From contig NC_090413.1 in NCBI RefSeq assembly GCF_036365525.1, positions 22,937,869 to 23,001,868 of the forward strand: DNA of 64,000 nucleotides. Direction: 5' to 3'. Under the pieces are notes generated by a model. The model ran no database searches. It saw only the letters and a program-made list of their open reading frames with translations, and was not told the DNA's origin. How positions within the stretch are numbered: the first letter of the stretch is position 1; each line of letters opens with the position of its first letter. The translations under genes were made by a program, and so were the position numbers. Below, piece after piece: positions 38,500 to 50,200 of this stretch. The stretch is from Heterodontus francisci. Lineage: Eukaryota.

Positions 38500-38840
38500 G
38501 TAGATAGGGAGAAATTGTTCCCACTCGTGAAAGGATTGAGAACGAGAGGGCACAGATGTAAGGTCATTGGCAAAAGAAGCAATGGTGACATGAGGAAAAA
38601 CTTTTTCTCACAGCGACTGGTTAGGATCCGGAATACACTGCCAGTGAGTGTGGTGCAAGCAGGTTCAATCGAGGCATTTAAAAGGGAATTAGATAGTTAT
38701 CTAAAAAGGAAGAATGTTCAGTGTTACGGGGAGAAGGCAGGGGATTGGCACTAAGTGAATTGCTCATTCGGACTGCCAGTGCAGACACAATGGGCTGAAT
38801 GGCCTCCTTCTGTGCTGTAACAATTCTGTGATTCTGTGAA
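38500..38840 (+). mobile_element. CR1-A, right part with 3' tail
   Basis: Starts with TSD copy gtagatagggagaa (38500-38513); VDREKLFPLV..RTRGH..KNFFSQR; tail attctgtgattctgtga. Confidence 0.9.
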
Positions 38841-39074
38841 GTTGTCTTCTGTTGTGGTGGAGAAGAGCTCCAGGAATGGAGCCCTGCAGATAGAAAAATT
38901 GATTCCAAACTTTATGGGGTTAAGTTACCTGGCTTTAAACCAGCTTCACATCGATAGCCCATACCTTTAACTTCAATTGGAGCCAGGAAGAAACTTGATG
39001 CCTGCACACTGCCTTTTCCCATTGCCACTCACAAACAATCCTATCATTTCATTCATAAACTGACAGATTGTGGG

Positions 39075-39385
39075 TGGGGCAGATAGAGGGAAACCATTTC
39101 CTCTGGTAGGAGAGTCCAGAACAAGGGGGCATAACTTTAAGATTAGAATTAGAAATAGTCTATTAAGGGGTGATAACAGGAAGCATTTCTTCACACAAAG
39201 GGCAGTGGAAATATAGACCTCTCTCCCCCAACAAAATCTATTGAGGCTAAGGGTCAATTGAAAATTGAGATTGAAAGATTTTGTTAGGCAAAGTCATGAA
39301 AGATCATTAACCTGCAATGTTAATTTTGTTTCTGTCTCTCCACAGATGTTGCCTGACCTGCTGAGTATTTTCAGCCTTTTCTGTT
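39075..39385 (+). mobile_element. CR1 3' fragment followed by a Penelope pLTR fragment
   Basis: gagtccagaacaagggggcataac..ttcttcacacaaagggcagtgg; then ctctccacagatgttgcctgacctgctgagtatt. Confidence 0.65.
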
Positions 39386-39531
39386 TCTCTTTCTCGAGAC
39401 TGATCAATGCAAGCATGAGGAACAGAGCTTCACCTGTCAATGAGGCACTTTACAGTCTTCCGGCCTCAACATTGACTTCAACAACTTTAGATTATAACCA
39501 CTGCTCCCATTTTCTCAGACAGTAGATGCTG

Positions 39532-39862
39532 GTAATGGTCCACCTTCCCTGGAGCCACTTTTCTTGTTTATTTACTTGTCCCATTGTCACCTTCTTTCAA
39601 CACCCCTTTTGTCATTCAATCACTCCTGCCCTTCACCCTGTAAATAAACCTTTCCTTTTGTTCTTCCTGCTTTCTCCCCTTTTATTCTGGCTCTGCACTT
39701 TCTTAACAACTGTTAAGTCTCTAACTTCTTCTGGCTCTGACAAAAGCTCATCGGCCTGAAATGTTAACTCTGTTTCTCTCTCCCAGACGGTGCTCGACCA
39801 GCAGAGTATTTGCACATCTTCTGCTTTTATTTCAGATTTCCAGCATCTGCAGTATTTCCTTC
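39532..39862 (+). mobile_element. Solo Penelope pLTR fragment
   Basis: ctgacaaaagctcatcggcctgaaatgttaactctg..ttcagatttccagcatctgcagtattt; tagatgctg repeated at 39523 and 39863. Confidence 0.7.
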
Positions 39863-40569
39863 TAGATGCTGTTATGCTGAAGTAAATATCCTCTTACGGC
39901 TTTGTGAACAGCTGGGGGTGGGGCACTGGAGGAGGATCAATGGCCATTGAAGTAGACCACAGCTATAAGTCAGCATCTTTGGGGGTGGGGGAGGGGCTTG
40001 GGTAGGAGATACCTAGGAGATAAATGGCAAAATAAAATTGTCTTGTATTATGTGCAATAAGCCAGTGACACAGACAAGGGTGGAGATGGTGCTTATAAAC
40101 TGTTGAGTTTATGACGTAACCCTCCCAGGTATTATTGCTTTGCAAGCCACTCCAAATTGTGTGCTGTAATTCGTTTGTGAATTAGTGGTTATATTCTGCA
40201 CTCTAAAAGAAGATTAAAACCCAATAACAATTGAAAGGAGTCAGGTCTACTGCCCCTTGGATCCATGGATAAATGTTGGTCCTGAGTTTGATGGATCAGA
40301 GGGTCTGAGTTTGCACTGAGTCAGCTAGGGCAGCATCTGGAGGGGGTTACGTTTGGCCTTTCACCTTATGTACTAGGGAGGGTAAAATCAGCTATTATTT
40401 CCACTATCCATTGCTGGCGAGTGGGAAATGTAGAGGTCGTGTAAGGAGGGAATTGAGCTTGGTGGTCAAACAGCTGGTCAAAACCTACAGTGCCAGCTCG
40501 TGGGGAGAGAATGGGCACTTGGGTGCGATCGTGGGTGTCTGCTGTCTTCCTTGGAAATGTACCTGCAGT

Positions 40570-41645
40570 AGGAGTCCCACTTCAGAGATTTGAACAAAAA
40601 AACTCTAGGAAGATACTCCCGTGCAGCGCTGAGGGAGTGCTACAGGATCTCAAACCAGAGACTAAGATCATGGTTTATTGGGAAGCAGTGATCCCTGTGC
40701 TTCGGAGACTTGGACAGCCTACAGCAGGCACCTCAAAGCACTGGAGAGGTACCACCAGAGGTGCCTGCACAAGATCCTCCAAATCTGGTGGCAAGAAGGC
40801 GGTCCAACAGTGGCATCCTCTCCCAAGCCAATGTGCCCAGCATTGGGTCGCTAATCGCCCAAAACTCCCTCCGCTGGGCGGGACATGTTGATCACATGCC
40901 TGACACAGACTGCCGAAGCAGGTGTTCTACTCAGAACTTGGTCGCAGCAGTAGACTCCCAGGAGGACAATGGAAATGCTTTAGAGATGTTCTCAAAGCAC
41001 CCCTGAAGAGATCAAACATCCCTGTTGACACATGGGAGTCCCTGGTTTGTGACTGTCCTAGATGGAGAAAACTCTATCGCGATGGCATTGCAACCTGGAG
41101 GGAGTTCATCAGGAAAATGCAGTGGTGGAGTCGAGACATCAGAGGGAGCTCACAAACTTCCAAGCTACTCAGCTACCTGACCCTTCTAGCACCACCTGCC
41201 CCTCGCCCCTCATGTGGCAGAGTCTGAAGATCACACATTGGACTTATCAGCCATCTCAGAACCCAGTGAACCAAAGTCAAAGCAAGTCATCCTCGATCCT
41301 GAAGGACTGCCTAAGAAGAAGACACTATTGGACTTGCTATCCTTTGGATGAAACGTTAAACTGAGGCCCCGTCTGCTCTCTCAGGTGGATGTAAAAGTCC
41401 CCATGGCACTATTTTGAAAAAGGGCAGGGGAGTTCTCCCCAGTGTCCTGGCCAATATTTATCCCTCAACCAACATCACATGCTGGTTGTGGGAGCTTGCT
41501 GTGCGCAAATTGGCTGCCATGTTTCCCACATGACAACAGTGACCACGCTTTTTAAAAAAAAAACCTTATTGGCTGTAAAGTGCTTTGGGAAGTCCTGAGG
41601 CTGTGAAAGACGCTATACAAATGCATGTCTTTCTGTCTTTCTTTT
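40570..41645 (+). mobile_element. Deu-domain SINE split by the RTE insertion
   Basis: Head gtcccacttcagaga..ctgagggagtgct (~40570-40643); body resumes ~41323 with gggcaggggagttctccccagtgtcctggcc. Confidence 0.7.
40645..41322 (+). mobile_element. RTE-clade LINE 3' fragment inserted into a Deu SINE
   Basis: Peptides KPETKIMVY, ETWTAYSRHLKALERYHQRCL, LRWAGHV, FYSEL..R..GGQ.K.FRDVLK..WESL; (aag) tail. Confidence 0.75.
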
Positions 41646-42819
41646 TTAAAACAATCTGAATTAGATCTGTAAAGGGGCGCAGGTTGCTGCGATGAGTGTA
41701 CAGCAGCTCACTGCCGATGGTGTGCTTGTTGCTGGATAGCTCCTTCCCCCAGTGGCTCGATGCTGCAGTTTCAGCCACTTCCAGAATTCAGCACATCCAA
41801 TTAGGCAGAATTGTTCTGGAAGCTTCCGTCCAGCAATGTGATACAAGATCTTCACAGACTATCGATTGGCAGAGAGAGAGAGAGAGAAAAAATCATACAC
41901 CTTTTATTTCTGTAGTGCATCTAATACTGTAAGTGTGAAAAAGTGATCAGATCATAATGAAGGGATGGAAACTGTTTTTCTGAAGTGGAACTCAACCGAA
42001 GCTTTGTAAATTATGAAAGGTGATGCATTACTCATAGAGCCACATCTGTGCATCTCCACGTTGTGGAGACAGTCAGTTCCTAATATTGCCATGTTTTTAT
42101 CTGATAGATGTATTTCCTTTCGCTTTCCTGTTAGCTACCCCAGTACCCTCACTGTTGACATTTTCCCCAATACAAATGGTCCCAGGTTGACATGTGCAGT
42201 GGAATCCTCTTTTTTTGATTTATGCATTCACAGGATTTGGGTGCCACTAACGAGCCAGCATTTATTGCCCATCCCTAATTGCCCTTGAGAAGGTGATGAT
42301 GAGCAGAAGCAGCATGCAATAGACAGGAATAAGTGATCCCACAACTGACGGATCGGATCTAAGCTCTGCAGTCCTGCCACATCCAGTCATGAGTGGTGGT
42401 GGACAATTAAACAACTGACAGGAGGAGGAGGCTCCACAAACATCCCCATCCTCAATGGTGTCTCAAGTGGCGGGGCTCAAAGTGGAAACTTCCCTGATCT
42501 TCATGGTTTGGTTCCACACCAAATTCTACCTTCATTCACTGATCCATCAGAGGTTGTTTGATGTTTTTTTAAATATAATTGTATTTACAACGGAAAGATG
42601 TGATGGAGCTGCAACCAGAAATTAAGGGTTGAGATGCGACACAGTGTGCAGTAAAGGCACTTCTCGGGGCTTTTTAGCAAAGCAGCAGTATTGAAGAACC
42701 TGTGGCTGAGGCTTGGTGACTCCTTACAACTAGTTTTACCCCAGACCTTGCAAAATGAGTGGGAAGTAGAAATCACAATAGGTCAAGTGAGTCACAAAGT
42801 CTTTCAAAAGTATGTCATC

Positions 42820-43245
42820 CGTAGCTTGGTTGGTAGCTTGATCTGAATCAGAAGGTCTCACTTCAGGACGAGAGCACATAAATCAAGGCTGAAGCTCCAA
42901 TGCATTCCTGAGGGAGTTCTGCTTTATCAGAAGCACCATCTTTTGATTGAGACATTAGACCGAGGACCTGCCTGCTGTCCCAGATGAACGTGAAAAATTC
43001 CGTGGCACTATTTTGAAGAAGAGCAGGGAAGTTCTCCCCAGTGTCCTGGCCAATATTTATCCCTCAATCAACATCACAAAAGGAGATTATCTGGCTATGA
43101 TCACATTGCTGTTGCTGGGAGCTTGTTGTGTGAAAATTGACTGCTGTATTACAACAGTGACCACAAAAATACTTCATTGGCTGTGAAGCACTTTGGGAGG
43201 CCCTGTGTTAGTGACAAGCTCTATATAAATGCAAGTCTTTTTTTT
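42820..43245 (+). mobile_element. Deu-domain SINE just upstream of the SYCE2 promoter
   Basis: gaagagcagggaagttctccccagtgtcctggccaatatttatccctc..ctatataaatgcaagtc. Confidence 0.78.
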
Positions 43246-43384
43246 TCAAATTGCAGAGTTCAGGTGATGCCATCCAATTTTTTTTGCAAGGTGGGTTGAG
43301 TGGGCAAAAAAATTAAGGGAGGATCCCATATTTACATCGCATAGCACTTGGCATTGCATTCCAGGTCTGGGTTCCACTTGGCTC

Positions 43385-43639
43385 AACCCACGTGGGGGAG
43401 AAAGCGCGGGAAAGGCACCTGTCTTAAATGAGTCGCGTCTGGGGAGGCATGGCGTTTGACGTCATAGAGAGCGCGTGCTCGAGGTCACGTGAGGGGGCGG
43501 GGCGTGTTGGCGCAGCCGAGGCTGTCGCCGGGCGGGTGCGGCCCTTAGCAACGGGCCTGGGCAGGCGGAGGGAGGAGGCAGCAGCCTAATAAACTCTTAA
43601 ATTCTTATGCACGCACAGATTATATAATTTTTTAAAAAG
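43385..43639 (+). promoter_or_regulatory. SYCE2: CpG-rich promoter and probable non-coding first exon of SYCE2
   Basis: Local CpG cluster; CACGTG 43389, E2F GCGGGAAA 43406, CRE TGACGTCA 43457, TCACGTGA 43485, GC box 43494, CCTTAGCAAC 43543; donor AAG|gtaagg at 43639/43640. Confidence 0.75.
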
Positions 43640-44109
43640 GTAAGGCTGCAAGGTTTAGTGTCAGGCAATGGCAGTTATCTATAGATAAATGCATTGAATA
43701 AAAGTATGTCCAACTTTAGATCAAGATTTAATGTAATGACATGGATCTTCAGGATGGGTTAGTGCAGAGGGGCCTGGGCTCTGCCTTGCAAGGGTCAGGA
43801 GAGTCAGTGCAGGCGCAAATGGCCCAAACCAGCCAATGCACACCACTAGACTGTTCCAAGCAGGAGAATGCATCTCCCCAATTTCCTCCTCTAGTTGCAC
43901 CAGTGGTGGAGGCTGTTTCAAGGGTAACCCAGCACTATGTTCTGCTCCTAGTGTGGGTTGCTCACCCAGCCTGCATCACCTTACCAGTTATGGAGCTGAG
44001 GTAGGAAGAAAATCCAGCTCTCCTGGATAGTTCTACCTCTGCAGGTCTCATTAAGACGGCCTGGTCAAACATCAGTCAGACTCTGGAATGCCTAGAGTTC
44101 CAGAGGAGG

Positions 44110-44355
44110 AGGCCACTTAGCCCCTCTGGACCGTTCTGCAATTCAGCGAGATCACGGCTCCCTCCATATATCCACCTTTGTCCCATATCTCTTCTTGCCT
44201 TTGTCCCATGTCCTTTAATACTTCTGGTTCACAAAAACCTATCAATCTCAGATTTAAAATTAACAATTGATTTAGCATCAATTGCCATTTATGGAAGAGA
44301 GTTCCAAATTTCTACCACCCTTTGTGTGTAGAGGTGTTTCCTAATTTTGTTCTTG
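44110..44355 (-). mobile_element. CR1 3' fragment
   Basis: ctatcaatctcagatttaaaattaac..gagttccaaatttctaccaccctttgtgtgtaga. Confidence 0.65.
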
Positions 44356-44739
44356 AACTAGCAGCTCAGTTATAGGAAAATTGAGTTAGACACAGAGGGC
44401 TGGCTTGGTTCCAAACTTCTACTGGCCCAACTGAGCTGCAAAGCAAACAGATGCAAATTATGAGTGCTTCCTCTCACACTGTCCCATAGAATCATGCAAC
44501 GCAGAAGGAGACCATTTGGTCCATTGTTCCTGTGCCGGCTCTTTGAAGGAGCTATCCAATTCGTCCCACTCACCTATCCTTTCTCCATAGCTGTGATATA
44601 AAATTTTACATCCTGAAACTGTGACAGACTTGCTAATTCAGATCTGAGGTGTTGGGCTTTGATTGCTTTTCCTGCTGGAGTGTGATTAATGGACCTCTGC
44701 TGATCTGTATGGATGTCGGCTGAGAGTAGGGCTAAGGTA

Positions 44740-44865
44740 AAATTCTGAGGATGCTGGAAATCTGAAATAAAAACAGAAAATACTGGAAATACTCAGCAGA
44801 TCCAGGAGCATCTGTGGAGAGAGGAACAGGGACAATGTTTCAGGTTGATGGCATTTCATCAGGAG
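44740..44865 (-). mobile_element. Penelope pLTR fragment
   Basis: ggatgctggaaatctgaaataaaaacagaaaatactggaaatactcagc..tttcaggttgatggcatttcatcagg. Confidence 0.7.
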
Positions 44866-45030
44866 AGTTGAGAATAGGACTTGGCGAAGCACCAAATGGT
44901 AGATGGCCCTTATGGATTTGCAGCCCTGAGGAGAGAAAAATTAGAAGAAAAAAAAAACATTTTTGAATCAGCAGTCTGTTTTGATTATATCCGAAGCAAG
45001 CTGTTAAAACTCTGATTATTTTAGATCAGG

Positions 45031-45137
45031 ATGGCTGACAAGGATTATGACAGTGAGCAAAAGATGGGAAGCATTAATGAAAGCACACCACAAATTAGTG
45101 GCTGCAGGAAGAATCTCTACGCTGAAGTAGATTTAAG
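45031..45137 (+). CDS. SYCE2: SYCE2 first coding exon (predicted)
   Basis: ttag|atcaggATGG; MADKDYDSEQKMGSINESTPQISGCRKNLYAEVDL; AG|gtgagc, phase 2 matching the next exon; sequence itself not recognisably conserved. Confidence 0.7.
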
Positions 45138-46529
45138 GTGAGCAGAGCTGGAGTTGTTATTCTGTTTTTGTAAGAGAGCAAAAGTTAAACTGACCCACAG
45201 TGTGCTGGAGAATCCAAACTTTTGCTATCAGTGATTGTTTGGGTGGGTTCTATGCAGTTTTGTGGGCCACACGGCCTAGTTTTTCTGCTTGAGTTACACC
45301 TGACATACTTTACATCATTTACACAAAAGCAACCCTAGATGCCAGGAATGCATGATGTTCAGTGTAACTATGAGCGGCAGAGGGGTCTTTTAAAATTTAA
45401 GTAACCATAAATTGTGCAGTCAATCTGTGATTGATCAATTGCCTCTGCTTGGGATCCAATTTTAAACTTAACTACTTTTAAAAAAAATATTCTTTAGAAG
45501 GCAGCGCAGAGGCAGTGAATTTCCCCTGAGGAGATTTTTTTCTCTCATGCTCCCTGTTTTTGGTGGATCTGTTTAAGATTGGCAATACGGGTTAAAGGTT
45601 AATGAAAATCAGTGACATTTTAAAACACCCGTTTCAGGTAAGTCTCTGCTTATTCCCTGACGTTTACAATGCACTGGAAACTTAACTGTACCTTAAATTG
45701 GAATGCTACCGTTTTTGAAAAAGGTTGCATAACCCTACCCCACATGTGTGTTCTGATGGCCCAGTTAGCAAACACTGTGTGTTATTGACATGGTCCAGAT
45801 TTGATTCCTATGAGAGAGGTTTGCGGAAGTTCCTGGAGCAGGGGATATAAACCAGACGCAAGTTCTGCTCTTGCATTAAACACTGGTGTTACTTTGGTAA
45901 AATTTTAAAGGTTGGGTACAGCTAGTGCTTAAATCTATAATTTATAACATTTTCTAAGTATGTTTCACACTCCTTATTTGGGCATCACCATTCTCTGACA
46001 CACACAAGCATATGCAAATGCAAGCTCCTACCACAAGCTTCATAAGCCTGCATCTTTATCTACAGGCTCTCTAACACACTTGGTAATTCATTTTGCCTGA
46101 CTTGCCTTGGACAAAGCTGCAGGAGGTCTACCCATATTGATTAAAAATAATCCAGGTATAAATCTGATATAGTGCTATAAAGGCCCCCACATATTAAACA
46201 AATATTTGCCTCTTAGATATCTTACAGCTGTTCCTCCATGTTAAATACACAAATTATTTGTAACTGTACTTTGGAAGGAGAACATGCTTATTTCTCTGTC
46301 GGCAGTGGGTTCGGAACACACTATTTTCCAGGAAACAATCAAAAACACTTAGTTCATTGAGCATATTTTTGACAAGATGCTTTTCAAATCCTTTCAGCAA
46401 AGATGTACACCTCACCATCTGCCTTGCAACAGTGTAACCTCCAACTGAGCAATTATGAGACATTTGCGAATAAAAAATATAAAAGTCTTGTGCCTAGTGG
46501 ATACCTGTCCTGCTCAAACCTGAATTTGA

Positions 46530-46945
46530 CTTTCTCCCACCTCTTCAACTTTGCCCCTCTCTGCCTGTATCTTTCCTTTTGCCCTGTTGAAACTCTAGTC
46601 CATATCTACATAGGACTTTTCTAACACTGCCCGAGCTACCCTCTCTGCTTCAAGCCTCCACTCAGCCCACCATTCTCACCCACACTACAGTCACCCCTGA
46701 CCTGACTCGCACTAAGTCTTGCACTATCACCGCTGTCCTTTCCTGGCAATATGGGTTTTCCGTACCCCAGAGTGTCAATTTTCAAAATCCTCATCCTTGT
46801 TTTCAAACCTCCCCATGGCTTTGCTGCATCCTGCCATTGCTTTCCGTTCCCACATACACCCTCCTTTCCTCCAACACTGGATTATTTGCTCACCGTTTAC
46901 TCCCTCTGCTCCATCGCTGGCAGCTGCTTGTTCAGCCACTTAGAA
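46530..46945 (+). mobile_element. Degenerate L2-like fragment
   Basis: tgttgaaactctagtccat..ttttcaaaatcctcatccttgttttcaaacctccccatggc. Confidence 0.45.
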
Positions 46946-48757
46946 AGAGGAACTCCTCAATGGGCCAAATGGCATCCTTCTGAGCCATGATGATTCTATG
47001 ATTCATGTCACCTTCATGATGACAGGTGACTTAAAATATATATTAATTGTCACATCTATAACTGTGGCAATCACAAGCATCAGTGGTCAAGAGCTAGGGA
47101 GAGAGGGCAAGCGAGCATGACTTGTTCCATCACATTTACTGGCATTGGTTCCATTTATCCCTTTGTTTTCCTCCACCTTATCCATTTTATCAATATCTCC
47201 TTACAGATTCCTTTGATCGTCAGGAATGTTAGCCAGGACATTCGCACATGCGTGCCACGATTAGCTGGCTTTCTGTCATTTCTGCCAACAAAATTGTGTA
47301 TCAGAAAATGTGCAGCCATTGTTTTGGATCTCAACCATTAAATATGGTAAAATAAGGAGGCATTGAATCCATTTTTCAGATAAAGAGGAAAATATATTCC
47401 ATAACCTATTGCAAAGATGTTTGTTATTTCAGGTGCTGTGCTGTACATTAAGTAAAGTTTGCATATGTGCTATATGCTTCTACTATTCCCCCATGCACCC
47501 CAACCCCTCCCCCACCCTTGATCATTTGGAGTATGGAGTTCTTTATAGGTTTAAATAGAATGCCAGGAATACTGAGATGATAGTGCGTAGGAACCAGGTG
47601 ATTGATGTATAATAATTCATCATTTTTGATATGCACTGTACCTTTTCTTAACTCAGTGGTTGGATAAATAACCAAAATACAGCCTGGAAATATGCCTTGA
47701 GAGTATAGGTGTACTTTAATGGAGGTGTTAACCTTGCATTTAAGGAGAAGCTAGATAAGTACATGAGTGGGAAAGGAATGGAAGGATATGCAGATAGAAT
47801 TAGATGAAGTAGGGTGGGAGAACGCTAATGTGGAGCATAAACACTGGCATGGGCCCGTTTGGCTGATTGGCCTGTTTGCAAATTCTATGTGACCTATATT
47901 TCTACAGGGCAACCCAGAATTCTATCAGGAGAGAGTTCTTCCCCTCCTTGCACTGTGAAGACCTAAGGCTACAGATGTCACATCATGTATGTACCCTTGC
48001 ATCTGCAACTGGCTTGTGCTAAATTGACGCCGTGTGAGGTTCAGGTTTGCATTCAGCTGGACTTTACTATGAAAAAGGGAAAATTCAAATTTCAATCATC
48101 CAGAGAAGACCATCCTACCAGCAGATGATAGCAGTGATGATCCTGAACTCGGCAACACAATGATTTATGCCGCGCGCTCTCATACACTAGGTATACTAGG
48201 AGAATTGCCATTAATAGAAGATGCTCAGTAATGAACAAGTCATGTTGGTTGAGCTCCTATAACCTTTCCCTCTGCCCGTGATTCTTGACCAGTGATGTTA
48301 GGATTCTCTCTTCGTAACACGTTGGCTGAATATTTTGGCTACCATGTCAAACCACATAAATAGGTTGGAGTTTATAGTTTGGTTGATGATCCAATCCTCC
48401 CAGTCCAAGGCAAGTCCCTCTTTATTTGGTTTACTGTCTGTTCTTAAATTGTTCTCCCTTTATTTTTATGGGGAGCCTCATGGGTTACTTGAAAACTTCT
48501 TGTAATTGCACTCTCAGAGAACAGGAACTAAAGATGTCTGGCTTGAGGTACCTTTATATAATCCTGGAAGGGAAGATCGTATACCTTCCTCTAAAAGGGT
48601 CAGATGCTGCCACCATATTTTATACTCTGGTTGGGAGGTTTAGGACATTTGGTTTCGGAAGGTTTAGTTCATTTTATGAATGACTTACATATATAGGTGC
48701 ATTTAGATATAGTCACTTACCGATCTATGATTGTAATTATATTTTCTCCTGTAACAG

Positions 48758-48977
48758 AGCAGAATCCTCTGGTTTAGTTGATGAAGTAACGGAAAACTCA
48801 GATGTTGAGGATTCTACACTTGATTTCAGTGTCAAGCCCTCGAACTGTTTTGCAACATCAGATTCCAGTGTTGATGGGCTATGTGAACGAACAAAACAGC
48901 TGGTTAACGAAATAAACAAAAGTAGGATAAAGGACCACAAGTTGATGAGCAACTTTAAAGACACTCTTATTTTGAAG
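48758..48977 (+). CDS. SYCE2: Synaptonemal complex central element protein 2, exon
   Basis: ctgtaacag|A..AAG|gtaatt; ..DSSVDGLCERTKQLVNEINKSRIKDHKLMSNFKDTLILK aligns with human DSSIDILQKRAQELIENINKSRQKDHALMTNFRNSLKTK (recalled). Confidence 0.9.
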
Positions 48978-49621
48978 GTAATTATATATCCTTTCTGAAG
49001 CCAACCAAACATTGAAAAGCTATAATTTATGTAAGGCAGCTTTTTGCGTGAAGAACGTTATGTGTTTGTGTGTCAAGATAATTATTTCTTTCACAGGACT
49101 TTGCTCTTCATAAAGTTCTGTAGCTCCTGTGAAGAACAGCCTAGATTACTCGCCAGCTGTTTCACGTGGGTGTCATGTGCAGTAAATTTTGTGATGCAGA
49201 ACAAAGGGAGTCCCATGCACTATTATTTACCTATATATGGGATTGTGTTTAGGACATGTGTAGAACAATCTCTGCTCAGTTCCAGGTCAGTGCTGAGTTT
49301 GCTCATCTTAGGTGCTACAGTTGGCCTTGGTATCCCTAGGTGAGGGAGGGGAAAGATCAGCCAGTTCTGTCTCCAGATCATTGTCTATTGTTTCCGTGTT
49401 GGAAAGTTCCCCTGTGATCTTTGGATGAAATCTGAATTGGCGTTGGCCTTGATGATGTCCACTTACTCATCATCAAGATTCACACGTGATGACTTGCCAG
49501 GTTAGTGAGAGGCACCAGAGAGCTGCTGGTGCCAGTGAAACTATACCCGAGGCTTTAGGGTTGGCTGTGAGAACCGGTGAGAAAATTGGGGAAAGGAGAT
49601 ATAACCCTTGTAATTTTTAAG

Positions 49622-49816
49622 GTTACAGAATTCTCTAAGAAGATAGAAGAAGGATTGTTTGAAATCTACAACAATGAGAACAAATTGATTGAGGACACGC
49701 TGCAAGAGCTGCTGAACATCCTGGATAGGATCAGATGTTTAGAGTCCGAACTTAAACAGACCTGCAGTGCCATGGCCACAGTCTACAAGGACATGTGTAC
49801 CCAGCCAGAAGTATAA
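49622..49816 (+). CDS. SYCE2: SYCE2 last coding exon
   Basis: tttttaag|GTT; VTEFSKKIEEGLFEIYNNENKLIEDTLQE..LESELKQTCSAMATVYKDMCTQPEV-TAA, versus human LETELKQVCHSVETVYKDLCLQPE; joined protein 173 aa. Confidence 0.92.
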   Translation, partial: VTEFSKKIEEGLFEIYNNENKLIEDTLQELLNILDRIRCLESELKQTCSAMATVYKDMCTQPEV

Positions 49817-50008
49817 GTAACAGCTTATGACATAATGGGCTCTGCAGAATAAGTATTCACATCTTTTCTTTTTTTTCCTTTTTTAGAGTTCAGTGTAGTA
49901 GGTAGAAGAAGAAACAATTGCCTCTAGGTTTCTTGGTGGCCAGTTGGCTTGCGATGAATTAATGGATTTTATTTTGCAATCCAGTAGAGTTATGCTTTGG
50001 ACCACAAA

Positions 50009-50200
50009 AATAAACGAACATGCAATCGGCAAAGATCCAGGGCCTGATTTTAACCCATTCAAAACCCATCCACTTGCACAGAGTTAAAATCAGGCCCCCG
50101 ATGTCTGGATCTAGCAAATATATTTAATTAGCACTCAATGTGGAATTATACAGTAGTTTTTTCTTGGCAGATTTTCCTGTACTAACAATTGTAAAATAAA
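50009..50200 (+). terminator. Candidate SYCE2 poly(A) signals
   Basis: AATAAA at 50009-50014 and 50195-50200. Confidence 0.5.
50040..50097. repeat. 58-bp inverted repeat (MITE-like remnant)
   Basis: Perfect 15-bp arms GGGCCTGATTTTAAC / GTTAAAATCAGGCCC. Confidence 0.7.

Noticed and set aside
48104-48190. Exon-like segment in the SYCE2 intron (ccag|..|gtatac)
   Set aside because: Stop codon in the phase required by SYCE2; weak donor
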